A DNA stretch of 43,243 nt from assembly GCA_040755575.1 (NCBI GenBank), contig JBFMAS010000502.1, forward strand, positions 1 through 43,243, in the 5' to 3' direction. Within the stretch, counting starts at the first letter, position 1, and each line of letters opens with the position of its first letter. The notes under the pieces were generated by a model, which was not told where the DNA came from, ran no database searches, and worked only from the letters and a program-made list of their open reading frames with translations. The stretch comes from Thermodesulfobacteriota bacterium (GTDB lineage: Bacteria; Desulfobacterota; Binatia; UBA12015). Both the position numbers and the translations under genes were made by a program. Positions 43,189 to 43,243 of this stretch are shown piece after piece.

Positions 43189-43243
43189 TTATTCGCCTAT
43201 TGCCCTTTCGTCCCCGTGCGGTGCTCGCCTCGGCAGCTACGCT

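Noticed and set aside
43189-43243. The 55 nt upstream of rpoB, considered for the end of rplL or a leader structure.
   Set aside because: The fragment is too short. Two of the three minus-strand frames contain stops, the third is too short to assess, and no convincing helix is visible. It is cut by the window edge.

Overview
This is a very GC-rich bacterial chromosomal segment (about two-thirds or more G+C by eye, not computed). All 50 CDS I can support lie on the minus strand.

In transcription order (high to low coordinates) the window holds:
- rpoB-rpoC.
- The str genes rpsL-rpsG-fusA-tuf.
- After only a 10-nt spacer, the complete S10, spc and alpha ribosomal-protein clusters (rpsJ through rplQ, including secY-adk-map-infA-rpmJ and rpoA).
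- A 170-nt spacer.
- argS and a bitopic SPOR-domain (FtsN/DedD-like) protein.
- A complete split-gene tryptophan operon, trpE-G-D-C-F-B-A.
- accD, folC, lptD, and the 5' part of a family-2 glycosyltransferase that runs off the left edge.

LptD and an SI3-like insertion in beta-prime indicate a diderm, Proteobacteria-like high-GC lineage. I cannot assign taxonomy more finely from sequence alone.

I found no tRNA or rRNA, no CRISPR array, and no transposase, integrase, toxin-antitoxin, restriction or other defence or accessory gene. There is no unexplained coding space: the largest non-coding gaps are 207, 170, 158 and 93 nt. This is a conserved core-genome window, and I do not see a novel biological system in it.

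The findings below are modest architectural observations:
- Extensive start/stop coupling across unrelated genes.
- A leaderless trp operon.
- Fused ribosomal-protein operons.
- Structured spacers.
- Terminal extensions on several ribosomal proteins.

The many long plus-strand and alternate-frame ORFs in the track are GC-driven shadow ORFs. Several minus-strand track ORFs are N-terminally over-extended, and I trimmed their starts by homology to conserved N-termini and by start/stop overlap patterns.
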